A stretch of 43,036 nt of DNA from a virus (Duplodnaviria > Caudoviricetes). The notes under the pieces were generated by a model. The model was not told where the DNA came from. It ran no database searches and worked only from the letters and a program-made list of their open reading frames with translations. Shown piece by piece: positions 1-8,613 of the stretch. Location of the stretch: positions 1 to 43,036 of IMG/VR virus record IMGVR_UViG_3300048861_000039; one strand, written 5' to 3'. The stretch's first letter is position 1. Each line of letters opens with the position of its first letter. Position numbers and translations under genes: made by a program.

Positions 1-60
1 GTGTCCGCCGCCCGGCCGTGGAAACTTTCGACCCCCGGTGGGTAATATTGTTGCGCATCG
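1..60 (-). other. Putative cos/packaging region (continues at 42968-43036)
   Basis: Non-coding junction between the HNH gene and terS, the cos position in HK97-like phages; exact overhang cannot be read. Confidence 0.6.
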
Positions 61-93
61 AGGTTCATTGCGTCGTCACGTAACAATCGTGCG

Positions 94-405
94 TCATCCC
101 GCTCGATCCCGGTTCCACGGATGATCCGGGCTCGTCGGCCTGCCAGAGCGGCCGATGCCGCGTCCGTCCGCCGTGACCTGATGCCCGAACTGCTTGGCTG
201 TCTCGATCAGGTCGTGCTCGCGGCAGACGTTCTCGGTGTTGCTGTCCTCGTCGCTGCCACCGTGCGCCAATGGCTTGATGTGGTTGACGACGACAGCGGG
301 AGTCACACGGTCGAGCTCCAGGCACTTCTCGCAGAGGCCGTCTGTGCGGGCCAGCCGCCGCGCGCGCTGCTTCTGTCCTGCCCGGCCACGAAGGCGCTCA
401 ACCAC
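94..405 (-). CDS. Packaging-associated HNH endonuclease (HK97 gp74-like)
   Basis: CEKC...VVNHIKPLAHGGSD...NTENVCREH motif; directly upstream of terS across the junction; GTG start at 405. Confidence 0.9.
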   Translation of the reverse strand: MVERLRGRAGQKQRARRLARTDGLCEKCLELDRVTPAVVVNHIKPLAHGGSDEDSNTENVCREHDLIETAKQFGHQVTADGRGIGRSGRPTSPDHPWNRDRAG

Positions 406-562
406 GGCCACGCACCACGGCACGGGCAGCAGCAACGATCCGCTCTACCTCGTCGACCCGACGCTCTGCTTCACCGTGCGAACGCGCCGGCTCAGCGAAG
501 TCGAAGGCGATAGCATGTAGGTCGGAGGCCAAGCGCTCAAGCTGGCGAGCCTGTACCTGCAT
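398..562 (-). CDS. 54-aa hypothetical protein, first late gene (MQVQARQLERLASDLHAIAFDF...), below ORF-track cutoff
   Basis: GGAGG upstream of ATG; stop overlaps the HNH start (GTGGTTGA). Confidence 0.65.
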   Translation of the reverse strand: MQVQARQLERLASDLHAIAFDFAEPARSHGEAERRVDEVERIVAAARAVVRGRG

Positions 563-610
563 CGGTGCCTCCGCTCAGTTGATGCGGTTACATGGCGCAT
601 CTCCGAACCC

Positions 611-649
611 AGAAACGAGAAGCGCCCGCGAGCCGGTGGCTGCGGGCGC
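611..649 (-). terminator. tR'-like intrinsic terminator
   Basis: GCGCCCGC-AGCC...GGCT-C-GCGGGCGC hairpin followed by TTCTCGTTTCT. Confidence 0.6.
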
Positions 650-659
650 AATTCGATGT

Positions 660-695
660 GTGGTGATATTTCTATTTTTAGTGTCCCGATGTCAA
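660..695 (-). promoter_or_regulatory. Putative late promoter (pR'-like)
   Basis: Perfect TTGACA at 695-690 overlapping the Q-like stop codon, followed by an AT-rich -10 region and then a terminator. Confidence 0.55.
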
Positions 696-1462
696 GCGGC
701 GTTCAACCTCTCCACGACATCCCCATCAACCTCGCGATAGGCATGGGTGACACAGGTGGGCCAATGATCGATCGCGCGGATCAGAACGGCCTTCGCTCGA
801 GCTGGACGGACATGGTAGCGAGCGGCCGCAACTGTGTAGCCGATGGCATCGCCGACGATCATGTCGAGTATCATCTGCCGCCTCAGAGGCGGCAACGTGT
901 CCCGCCAATGAGTGTAGGCACGGTGAAGGCGAACTCGGCGCACGCTCTCCGCGACGCGGTTGCTTCGACCGCCGCCATTATCGACGCGCGCCTCGAGGCT
1001 GGCGACGATGACGGCCACGTCGGATTCGATGCTGCGATAGACATTGGCGATCTCGGCAGCCCATTCGCGCTGCTCTTTATCGATAGAACCGTTACGCTCC
1101 ATCTGGTCCAAGCAGTCGACGTGCGTACGCTCGGCATGCTCGAGCGTCTCGGGCGTTCCCTGGATGCCGCGCCATTTCTCAGCCAGTGAGGATTCCCGTA
1201 TCGCTGCGGTGCGCAGCCGAGCCTTCTCCGCCTTCCACTCCACGCGAGACATGCCGGCCGGTTTCTTGGGCAGGGCCACGGGTTCGGGCTTGCGGCCGAG
1301 CACGAGGGTATTGACCCGATCACGCTCACGCTTCTGGACGGCCGCCAGCCTAGCCTTACGAGCTTCGAAGCAGGCGACACCATCCGGGTCAGCTTCGTAG
1401 CGTGCGGCCAGATCAGCGCGCGCTTTCGCAATCCGTTCGGCCCTCGTCATTTCCTTCGCCAT
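692..1462 (-). CDS. Putative late-gene regulator/antiterminator (Q position)
   Basis: Last early gene; C-terminal sigma4/HTH-like segment; followed by promoter and terminator; ATG 1462 preferred (alternative 1528). Confidence 0.55.
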   Translation of the reverse strand: MAKEMTRAERIAKARADLAARYEADPDGVACFEARKARLAAVQKRERDRVNTLVLGRKPEPVALPKKPAGMSRVEWKAEKARLRTAAIRESSLAEKWRGIQGTPETLEHAERTHVDCLDQMERNGSIDKEQREWAAEIANVYRSIESDVAVIVASLEARVDNGGGRSNRVAESVRRVRLHRAYTHWRDTLPPLRRQMILDMIVGDAIGYTVAAARYHVRPARAKAVLIRAIDHWPTCVTHAYREVDGDVVERLNAA

Positions 1463-1488
1463 GCTCACCCCCGATACGCTCTCTCTAT

Positions 1489-1503
1489 GTACTGTCTTCG
1501 TTC
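1489..1503 (-). promoter_or_regulatory. Putative LexA box variant GAAC-N7-GTAC
   Basis: GAACgaagacaGTAC about 27 bp upstream of ATG 1462. Confidence 0.45.
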
Positions 1504-1511
1504 GCTGGTTT

Positions 1512-2126
1512 CTATGCGGCTTCGGCACGCGGTACGGATTCCGCTTCGTCGATCTGGGCTTGGGTCAGCGCACCGCATCCAAGGCCGATTGCGCGCATCT
1601 CAGGAGACATGCGCCGGATGTCATCGAGCGTCAGCTCGTCAGGTGGCGATGGCAGCTGGTTGCTCCGATCGCCCGCGCGCCGGATCTCGTCCTGAAGGTC
1701 ACGAAGCCGAGCAAGCGCAAGGCGGCGAGCAGCCATCATGTTTTCGGCGATGCCGCGCACCTGTCCATGAACCTCGTTCAGGAACGTCATAGGCTTGTGC
1801 ATCGCCTTCTGCGCCGCGGCCTGGACGATGTCGGCGGGCAGGTCGGATAGTGACACGAGCAGTGCATTAAGCCAGTTTGTGCGCGCATCTGGGGCCAGGC
1901 CGGGCGCGATCATCATGCCGAAGGGCTTAAGCCAATCACGAACCACCTTCGCCTGTCCGACCCATTGGCCCGCCGCGTCTCGCTTCACGACCTCGACCTC
2001 GTTCAAGGGGCGAAGGCGCCACTGCGCGGCGTCGATCGCCGCGTCGACGTCTTCGCGCCGCGCCACGTCGGCGACTTCCGCAAGCGTCCATCTGCGGCCG
2101 TCGGCCATGGCGAGCAGATCATGCAT
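1512..2126 (-). CDS. Replication-associated protein (possible helicase loader, lambda P position)
   Basis: Start overlaps the initiator stop; helical WLNALLVSLSDLPADIVQAA segment. Confidence 0.5.
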   Translation of the reverse strand: MHDLLAMADGRRWTLAEVADVARREDVDAAIDAAQWRLRPLNEVEVVKRDAAGQWVGQAKVVRDWLKPFGMMIAPGLAPDARTNWLNALLVSLSDLPADIVQAAAQKAMHKPMTFLNEVHGQVRGIAENMMAARRLALARLRDLQDEIRRAGDRSNQLPSPPDELTLDDIRRMSPEMRAIGLGCGALTQAQIDEAESVPRAEAA

Positions 2127-2814
2127 CGAGCCAGCTGCCCTGCTGTCCGGCACGGTACTGAGGTCGGTTCCCACGCTCGTGTCTCCACTTTTCGGCGTTT
2201 GCGATCCATGTTCGGAAGGCCGCCTGCCAATCCTTGTAGGTTTTGCCCTCGGCGACCGCGCGGTCGCGGAACTGGGCAAGCTCTCGGTCAATCATGCCAG
2301 GCGGCCAACCATCGACGGTCTTCTGAGCTTCGGCGGTCAGGATCGGCAGGAAATCAACCGGGATCGAGATCGCGCGCGAAGGGGGGGATTTAATCTTCTT
2401 CCCTTTTTCCCCTTCTTGTTCTGTGTCTTGCCCCTGTCTCGCGACTGTCTTGGCGCGTGTCTCACCTCCTGCCTCGTCGCTGTCTCGATCTGCCTGAAAT
2501 TGCGCGTAGTTACAGATGGTTACGACGGTAACGCCTGCCTCGGCGACTGTCTCAATCATTGTCTCGGATTTCAGGCGCTTCCAGAGCCGTTCGACCCATG
2601 CCTTATCGCGATCCATAGCCGCAGCCATATCGCGGGTGCTGATCGCCAACTGGCCGCGCTTGAGGGTAATCAGGCGCTCCTTGTAGCGCACACGCTTGTC
2701 CTGCCACTGGGCGCGGATCACCATCCACGCGAAGGCGAGCGCCTCCGCATCGTTGCGGAACGCTGTGTGGCCTAGCAGGCTGCGATATACGCGAACGTAG
2801 CCGACTGCGGTCAC
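2119..2814 (-). CDS. Phage replication initiator (lambda O-like)
   Basis: LKRGQ winged-helix N-terminus, VVTICNY motif, C-terminal DWQAAFRTWIAN (DnaT-like); internal iterons. Confidence 0.8.
   Translation of the reverse strand: MTAVGYVRVYRSLLGHTAFRNDAEALAFAWMVIRAQWQDKRVRYKERLITLKRGQLAISTRDMAAAMDRDKAWVERLWKRLKSETMIETVAEAGVTVVTICNYAQFQADRDSDEAGGETRAKTVARQGQDTEQEGEKGKKIKSPPSRAISIPVDFLPILTAEAQKTVDGWPPGMIDRELAQFRDRAVAEGKTYKDWQAAFRTWIANAEKWRHERGNRPQYRAGQQGSWLDA
2388..2565. other. Putative replication origin with iterons inside the initiator gene
   Basis: TG(T/C)CT(C/T) at 2424, 2435, 2446, 2458, 2470, 2481 and 2536, 2548, 2560 (11-12 bp period), next to an AT/pyrimidine-rich tract at 2388-2420. 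Confidence 0.65.
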
Positions 2815-3023
2815 GCGGATGGCGACTCCGCAGCTGCGCGCACGAGATCGCGCTCGAACGCCTCATGGTTCTCTCGCCTCTGGCGCGCGCGATACTGCCG
2901 CTCTCGATCGCCCTGCGTCGCCCGTCGGGCAGCAAGCCGGCGTTCAATGTCGAGCCGCAGCGCTCGCGGAGGCGAGGCGTATATTGCCGCCTGCACGCGG
3001 CGCGAGCGCTGCGGACCGTACAT
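2811..3023 (-). CDS. Small basic hypothetical protein
   Basis: Tightly packed in operon; 4-bp overlap with initiator. Confidence 0.6.
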   Translation of the reverse strand: MYGPQRSRRVQAAIYASPPRALRLDIERRLAARRATQGDRERQYRARQRRENHEAFERDLVRAAAESPSA

Positions 3024-3025
3024 GG

Positions 3026-3970
3026 TCAGGCCTCCGGCTTGCCGATGAGCACCGGCAGTTCGGTTTCTGCCTTCACGCGATGCACCGCTTCGGTGAACGC
3101 GTGGTCGAAGGTGCGATCAGTGCGCCAAAGCTCGTACCAAAAGACGATCTTGCCCTGCGTCTTGCGGTAGCGAAGCCTCGCCGCGATCCGATACAGCGGC
3201 CCGCTTCGGAAAACCGGGATGCCGATCATGAAGACCTTGGGGACGCGCAGCGGCGCTCCGGTAGCGTCGTTGTGCGTCGCCTCCCACTGGATCTGACCTT
3301 CGCCGGTGGCGAGATTGACGACTTCGCGCGCGACGCTGGACTCGTTGATCTGAAGACCGCGCGATAGCTCCATGAGCTTGGTGGGCGAGGCGATGATGTC
3401 GTCCCCGCCAAGCGCTTGGACCATGCTGTCGATGTCTTCGGATAGCTGATCTTCGCCGGGGATGAGCGCCAGGATGTCGGGCAGCCGCTCCTCGAGAAAC
3501 GAAGCGAAGTCTGCCATCGACATCACTTCCTTGTTCGACTTCACCCACGCCTTCCATTCATCGGAAAGCGGGAAGGCGAAGGTCGACCGATGGCGGCCGA
3601 AGCGAGTAGGCGAGCCAGGCGGGCCGATATGGTGATAGTCGATCACCGCCGTCAGAGACGGCGCCGCTCGATCGTCATCGGCGAACACGATGCTGTCGCC
3701 ATCCTTGAACCGGTTGACGTGGTCGATCAGACTGTCGAGCGAAAGCATGGTGGCCGTCCCGCGGCGGAAGCGCGGGAAGGGCTGATAATCGTCGAAGATG
3801 GACGCGGCGAACGGCGCGATGCCGTTACCTTGCCGCACGACGGGCGCCACGACGCCGGAGACCGGGTCGGTGACCATGATAACCTCCGCCTTCACGTAGC
3901 TTTCGACGAGGTCTCGGACTTGGTCGACGAGGCCGTCACCATCGACGGCAGTGGTTGCCTTTTCAGACAT
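3026..3970 (-). CDS. DUF2303 (YfdQ-like) protein
   Basis: LTAVIDYH, SDEWKAW, FLEE, IPVF, ARLRYR motifs; ATG 3970. Confidence 0.85.
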   Translation of the reverse strand: MSEKATTAVDGDGLVDQVRDLVESYVKAEVIMVTDPVSGVVAPVVRQGNGIAPFAASIFDDYQPFPRFRRGTATMLSLDSLIDHVNRFKDGDSIVFADDDRAAPSLTAVIDYHHIGPPGSPTRFGRHRSTFAFPLSDEWKAWVKSNKEVMSMADFASFLEERLPDILALIPGEDQLSEDIDSMVQALGGDDIIASPTKLMELSRGLQINESSVAREVVNLATGEGQIQWEATHNDATGAPLRVPKVFMIGIPVFRSGPLYRIAARLRYRKTQGKIVFWYELWRTDRTFDHAFTEAVHRVKAETELPVLIGKPEA

Positions 3971-4007
3971 GTTCAGAGTTCCTTTCGAGTGGTTGCGAGT
4001 TGGTAGA

Positions 4008-4430
4008 TCAGGCGTCGCGGTATCCGCCGCCCGGCACCTCACGGACGCCGAACAGATTGCCCTGGTGCGGATTGCTGGGGGTGAATCGACCATCCTCGGT
4101 CATCCACATGACGGACTTGGGCCGCTTGGCCTCGGGCACGTCGACCTTGAACTTCGACGCTATCGTGAAAATGCGGCCGTCGAGCGAGAAGCCGATCTGC
4201 AGGCTGAGCTTGCCGGTCGCCTTTCCACCGCTGTCGATCGCCGTTGCCGACATATCGAGGGACAGCTTGCGAAGCGCCTCGCTCAGTTCGGCGTCGAGCT
4301 GGCCGTCTTCCTGGAATCGGATGAAGTCGCTGAAGCTGTTGGCGGCAGGCGCAACCCGACCACTGTCCGCAGCGCGCGCCTCTTCCTTCTCCGCCGCAAT
4401 GCGCGACGGAGGCCGTTCGGGATCAATCAT
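4008..4430 (-). CDS. YfdP-like hypothetical protein, usual partner of DUF2303
   Basis: GKATGKLSL...MWMTEDGRFTPSNPHQ; synteny. Confidence 0.7.
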   Translation of the reverse strand: MIDPERPPSRIAAEKEEARAADSGRVAPAANSFSDFIRFQEDGQLDAELSEALRKLSLDMSATAIDSGGKATGKLSLQIGFSLDGRIFTIASKFKVDVPEAKRPKSVMWMTEDGRFTPSNPHQGNLFGVREVPGGGYRDA

Positions 4431-4998
4431 TGGTCTGTCCTTCCATGGTGAACTTGACGGCCGCCACGCGGCCGTAGAGGCAGGCGATCATGGCCTGCTC
4501 GATCGTGGTGTCAGTCGCGTCGGCGCGGTGCTGGTAGTGGCGAAGCATGGCGCCGCGGAGTGCGTCGGAGCCCATGCGGGCTGAGGTGGCCGCCTTGAGC
4601 TCGGCATCCATCGACATTGGAATGTCGGACACCGGAGAGCGCGGTCGGCCGACGCCTTGGCCGTCCCGGGGCGCTACTGGCGTCCGTCGACGTAGCGCCG
4701 CGACGCGCTCCCGCTTCGTGCCGAGATAGTTCGCGATGTAGGAATCGCTCTTGATGTAGCGGCAGAGCTTGATGATCTCGCCGTCGACACCCGAGGGTGA
4801 GGCGCGCGCGACTTGGTTCGGACGAAGCCGGATCGAAAGACCGAGCCGCTTGGCGCGATTCTGCACCGAGCGCTCGGTGCGATGGCTCAGCAGCGCAACG
4901 ATATCACCAGCGGACGCACCGTTGCGCACCGCCTGGCGGATGATGACATCTTCTTCGGGCTGCCATGGATTGGAGTCGAGGCGACCGGCGCGGCTCAT
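4423..4998 (-). CDS. Hypothetical protein with Myb/SANT-like HTH N-terminus
   Basis: WQPEED...RTERSVQNRAKRLGL pattern; overlaps neighbours. Confidence 0.6.
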   Translation of the reverse strand: MSRAGRLDSNPWQPEEDVIIRQAVRNGASAGDIVALLSHRTERSVQNRAKRLGLSIRLRPNQVARASPSGVDGEIIKLCRYIKSDSYIANYLGTKRERVAALRRRTPVAPRDGQGVGRPRSPVSDIPMSMDAELKAATSARMGSDALRGAMLRHYQHRADATDTTIEQAMIACLYGRVAAVKFTMEGQTND

Positions 4999-5624
4999 GA
5001 TCCGACCACGAATTTGTCGGTCTGGTTACCCCAGACATCCCAACCGTCTCGCCGGTCGCGTCCGAAGATCTCGGCATATGGGCCGGAATAGAGGTGCTCG
5101 ACGTCGCGGTGCAGATCTTCCGGCTTCCGGCTATGCTCGCGCACGGGCGCTGCGATCAGGTTACGAACCGAGCGCGACAGCACCTTGGGCTTGCCGATCG
5201 TGCCGAGCAGGTAAAATTCGGCGGCCGACCGGAAGCAATAGCCCGTGCCGAAGGCCCATTTCTCGCCGGTGCTGGATTGCTTCGCCCAAGCGCCAGCCGA
5301 CTTGAACGTGAAGCCCCACGCCTTCATCAGCGAGATCGCGTCGGGCAGCATCGGTGCGGTTGCCCACATGAACAGCGCACAATCGGGCGCCGCAAGGTGA
5401 GAGACCGGCAGCTTTGCGATGTCCGCCGTGTCCATGCACTCGTAGTGCGCGACCGGGTTTTTTTCCTCGCCCGCTGCCGAATAATTGCGGAAGTACCAAG
5501 GCGGATCCGCGAGGATCGCGCCATAGCCGAACATCCGTAGGTCGCCGAACGGCCATGCGGGAGGCAAAGCAATATCGTCCGCAGAACCGGCATCAACCGG
5601 CGCCGCGCTGGCGGTCATGTCCAT
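4995..5624 (-). CDS. MT-A70 family adenine methyltransferase
   Basis: ILADPPW, LFMWAT, REHSRKP, EIFGR, GWDVWGNQ motifs. Confidence 0.92.
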   Translation of the reverse strand: MDMTASAAPVDAGSADDIALPPAWPFGDLRMFGYGAILADPPWYFRNYSAAGEEKNPVAHYECMDTADIAKLPVSHLAAPDCALFMWATAPMLPDAISLMKAWGFTFKSAGAWAKQSSTGEKWAFGTGYCFRSAAEFYLLGTIGKPKVLSRSVRNLIAAPVREHSRKPEDLHRDVEHLYSGPYAEIFGRDRRDGWDVWGNQTDKFVVGS

Positions 5625-5669
5625 CGTTTACTCCTCGGGCGGGTCAGCCCGTCAGGTTGATCCTCGGGT

Positions 5670-6188
5670 TCACTTGCGGGCCTCTTCGACAATCCGCTCG
5701 AAGCGGGCCCGAAGGTTGACCAGGTGCAGAATGGCCTCGTCACAGACGCCGATCAGGTCGCCGTCGGCGATCTCTGGGGCGGTGACGGAGTTGTCGGCAG
5801 CGGCGACGCACAGGCGCTCGGAGAGCTTGCCGTGGTCGGCCGCCAGCTGACCGATTTGCTGAAACCAGCCGCGATCGAGCGCCTCCGGCTCAGGCAACTC
5901 GACGAACGCCCCGCCGGCCAGTGTCGCCAACCGGCGCGTGATGATCGGCCAGCCCGCAGTATCGTGCGTCACCGCCTCGAGGTCGGCCACGACGTCGATC
6001 GGCATGAAGCTGTCGGCGTTCAGGCTCTGATAATCGCCCATCGCTGTCTTGCCGGTGCGACTGTAGGAGGCGGATGCCTCGACGCCGCCCGCCGCGCGGA
6101 TCAGTGCCTTGGTGTCGCGCTTGAGAACCTGCTTGTCGGCGGGAGCGGAAATTCTCCGAGCCTTTCCAGATGCGCGCATTTCGCTCAT
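5670..6188 (-). CDS. CII-like phage regulatory protein
   Basis: Downstream of cro; AGGVEA...FMPIDVVADLE pattern. Confidence 0.6.
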   Translation of the reverse strand: MSEMRASGKARRISAPADKQVLKRDTKALIRAAGGVEASASYSRTGKTAMGDYQSLNADSFMPIDVVADLEAVTHDTAGWPIITRRLATLAGGAFVELPEPEALDRGWFQQIGQLAADHGKLSERLCVAAADNSVTAPEIADGDLIGVCDEAILHLVNLRARFERIVEEARK

Positions 6189-6382
6189 GCGGCATTCCGA
6201 TCGGCGCCATGAGACGAACGATCAGCCAGCCCGCAATCAGTGCGCACGCAGACGCGAGCATTCGCGCTGCCAGACACCGTGCCGCACTCGCCACAACAGG
6301 CGACGAAGCAGGTGCGCTCCCGCGCGGGACGAGTGGGGATCAATGCCAGCGGAACGCGGCCGGGGCAGATGACGCCGATCAT
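6185..6382 (-). CDS. Small Cys-rich hypothetical protein
   Basis: GGAGG upstream of ATG 6382; ATGA overlap with the cII-like gene. Confidence 0.4.
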   Translation of the reverse strand: MIGVICPGRVPLALIPTRPARERTCFVACCGECGTVSGSANARVCVRTDCGLADRSSHGADRNAA

Positions 6383-6464
6383 CGCGCAAGCCCTCCGCCG
6401 GGCGCCTTTGTGGGGCACCCGGCCTCGGCTACAGTCGTGCTGCAACACCCGACTGGAGATGAAG

Positions 6465-6719
6465 ATGGCGTTCGAAGACTGGAAGAAGCGGCCGAATGGA
6501 GACATCGCGCTCCATCCCTTGTTGGGCTGGGACACCGCGTTGTTTCCGATGAACGGAGTTCTCCGGATTCACTATGCCGCGACCGACGAGGATCTGCAGA
6601 GAATGTTCGCGACACTTCTGCCGATCGGAATGACCGCCGCTCAAGCACGCGAATTGTCGCAGGTGCTGCTGCGAATGGCCGACAGAATCGACAATCAGCC
6701 GAAGGGAACGGCGCAGTAG
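6465..6719 (+). CDS. BssS (YceP)-like protein, antisense to the lytic operon
   Basis: IALHPLLGWD...LRIHY...MTAAQARELSQVL resembles E. coli BssS as recalled (THPLVGWD...LRLHY...LTTDVARQFISIL); GGAG RBS. Confidence 0.65.
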   Translation: MAFEDWKKRPNGDIALHPLLGWDTALFPMNGVLRIHYAATDEDLQRMFATLLPIGMTAAQARELSQVLLRMADRIDNQPKGTAQ

Positions 6720-6723
6720 GCAT

Positions 6724-6930
6724 CTATGCGGCCTCCGCGCGGGCATATGCATCCATGAAGGCGATGACCTTGTTCGCGTTCTTAAGCGAAAGCGACCGGC
6801 CATCCCTGAGACGCGTCACCAAGGATGCCTCGCCCATCACCTCCCGACCAAAGCGCGTATGCGCCATGTCGTGCTTCGTGAGGAAGGCCTCGACCCGGGC
6901 GAGTAAATCGTTATCGCTGAGCATCTGCAT
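6724..6930 (-). CDS. cro: Cro-like HTH regulator
   Basis: 68-aa HTH protein divergent from cI. Confidence 0.8.
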   Translation of the reverse strand: MQMLSDNDLLARVEAFLTKHDMAHTRFGREVMGEASLVTRLRDGRSLSLKNANKVIAFMDAYARAEAA

Positions 6931-6942
6931 AGCTCAGCCTTA

Positions 6943-6992
6943 TTTCACTAATAAGTGACACATGCAAGAGGCGATGTCACAAACTCGTGAAT
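6943..6992. promoter_or_regulatory. OR operators, two 18-bp palindromes
   Basis: TTTCAC-taataa-GTGACA (6943-6960) and TGTCAC-aaactc-GTGAAT (6975-6992) between cro and cI. Confidence 0.8.
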
Positions 6993-7027
6993 ACCACTTT
7001 TTGCGAGGGCCATGCGATACGTTCGGC

Positions 7028-7753
7028 ATGGTTAGCGAGGCTCCACTCTACCGGCTGCTGATGTCGATCAAGCCTGACGGTCTAACGGAAAATGCGTGGT
7101 TGAAGCGCGCGGACGTGAGCCGCAACTTCTTTCAGGCCGTCAAGGCTGGAAGTCGGCCAAGATCGGACACCCTAGAAAAGGTCGTGATGGCGGCGGGCTA
7201 TACACCGGCTCAATTCTACGACCTCGAGGGCGGAAAAAAACGCCCGCCGGAGGACGATGGAAGCGTAAAAAGTGGGCTCCCGTTCCACCGTCGTGACGAG
7301 CCTCAGGACGTGCCTGTGATGGGCACTGCCCAAGCAAGCGACATGGAGATTGAGACTGACGGAAAAGTGCGCTTTATTGAGCGCATGGACCTAAACATGA
7401 GCGAGCCGGTAGAATACGTACGCCGGACCGGCGGGCTGGCGAATATGCCACGCGTCTACGCGATTAAGGTCGTTGGAGATTCCATGTCAGACCGGTACGA
7501 GGACGGCGATCCGGCGTATGTTGATCCATCGCAGCGGCCGAGCAACGGCGACTATGTCGTTGTCCAACTTGTGAAGCACGATGAGGATGGCGAGGGCCAT
7601 CTCCACATCGCCCTATTGAAGCAGTTGGTTCGGAAAACCACGACATACGTCGAGTTGTATCAGAAGAAACCAGAGAGCACCTTCACCATCCCGCTCAAAG
7701 AGGTTCATGCGATTCATCGGGTTGTGCCGTGGAAGGATATCGTCTTTTTCTAA
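7028..7753 (+). CDS. cI: CI-like repressor (HTH plus S24 peptidase)
   Basis: N-terminal HTH; VVGDSM catalytic Ser and LLKQL Lys; start uncertain (6962 or 7028). Confidence 0.9.
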   Translation: MVSEAPLYRLLMSIKPDGLTENAWLKRADVSRNFFQAVKAGSRPRSDTLEKVVMAAGYTPAQFYDLEGGKKRPPEDDGSVKSGLPFHRRDEPQDVPVMGTAQASDMEIETDGKVRFIERMDLNMSEPVEYVRRTGGLANMPRVYAIKVVGDSMSDRYEDGDPAYVDPSQRPSNGDYVVVQLVKHDEDGEGHLHIALLKQLVRKTTTYVELYQKKPESTFTIPLKEVHAIHRVVPWKDIVFF

Positions 7754-7764
7754 CGCTCGCAGCG

Positions 7765-7819
7765 TGTCCTAAAAAAGTGACAAACGCCCATTGACTGTCA
7801 CTAGAAAATGACAGATACC
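7765..7819 (+). promoter_or_regulatory. PL promoter with two OL operators
   Basis: TGTCCT-aaaaaa-GTGACA (7765-7782), TGTCAC-tagaaa-ATGACA (7796-7813); TTGACT (7791)-17 bp-GATACC (7814). Confidence 0.8.
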
Positions 7820-7857
7820 GTCTCCATCAGGCCATAGCGGCCGATGGAGCATTACCC

Positions 7858-8613
7858 GTGCAGACCACCGAGCAGGAACAGGGGCCGACCGTCCAATGGG
7901 ATGAGGCCGGAACGTGGGTTTCGGACGCCAACGGCAACCGCTGTTCGGTGTCGTATTTCGGATCGAAGGCCGCCGCCGAGAAGGCGCTGCTGAGCCTCGA
8001 AAACTGTAAGAATTGCACCAACTGCTCGGGCTGCTCGCGCTGCTCGGGCTGCTCGCGCTGCTCGGGCTGCTCGGGCTGCTCGCGCTGCTCGGGCTGCTCG
8101 GGCTGCTCGCGCTGCTCGGGCTGCTCGGGCTGCTCGCGCTGCTCGGACTGCTCGGGCTGCTCGGGCTGCTCGGGCTGCTCGGGCTGCTCGCGCTGCTCGG
8201 GCTGCTCGCGCTGCTCGGGCTGCTCGGGCTGCTCCAATGTCGCCTACCTCTACGACAGGGAGAATGTGGTCGCTCAGGCCGTGTCGACGACTGGCTCTGC
8301 TTCGGCGCCGGCTTTTCGCATGCCATCCACGCCGTCGATCCCAGACATCCATAAGCAGGTCTACGAGGCTGCATCGCAGCCGCACGCCCTAAACATGGAA
8401 AGCTGGCACTGCGGCACCACGCACTGCCGGGCGGGCTGGGTCGTCACGCTGGCCGGCGACGAAGGCAAGGCGCTCGAGGAGTTCTTCAACACCGAGCTCG
8501 CCGCGATGAAGATCTATGCCGCCAGCGGCTACGACATCAACCCGTCGCGCTTCTACGATGGCAACGAAGCGGCGCTCGCTGACATGCGCGCGCTGGCGGA
8601 GGCTGGACAATGA
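7858..8613 (+). CDS. Cysteine-rich tripeptide-repeat protein with C-terminal HCGTTHCRAGW domain
   Basis: 26 consecutive Cxx units; GGAG RBS; ATGA coupling to the next gene. Confidence 0.85.
   Translation: MQTTEQEQGPTVQWDEAGTWVSDANGNRCSVSYFGSKAAAEKALLSLENCKNCTNCSGCSRCSGCSRCSGCSGCSRCSGCSGCSRCSGCSGCSRCSDCSGCSGCSGCSGCSRCSGCSRCSGCSGCSNVAYLYDRENVVAQAVSTTGSASAPAFRMPSTPSIPDIHKQVYEAASQPHALNMESWHCGTTHCRAGWVVTLAGDEGKALEEFFNTELAAMKIYAASGYDINPSRFYDGNEAALADMRALAEAGQ
8023..8238. repeat. 9-bp minisatellite, 24 units
   Basis: TGCTCGGGC/TGCTCGCGC tandem units, one TGCTCGGAC, terminal TGCTCCAAT. Confidence 0.97.

Noticed and set aside
8023-8238. CRISPR array or DGR repeat
   Set aside because: Contiguous 9-bp units with no spacers; no cas or reverse transcriptase gene in the window
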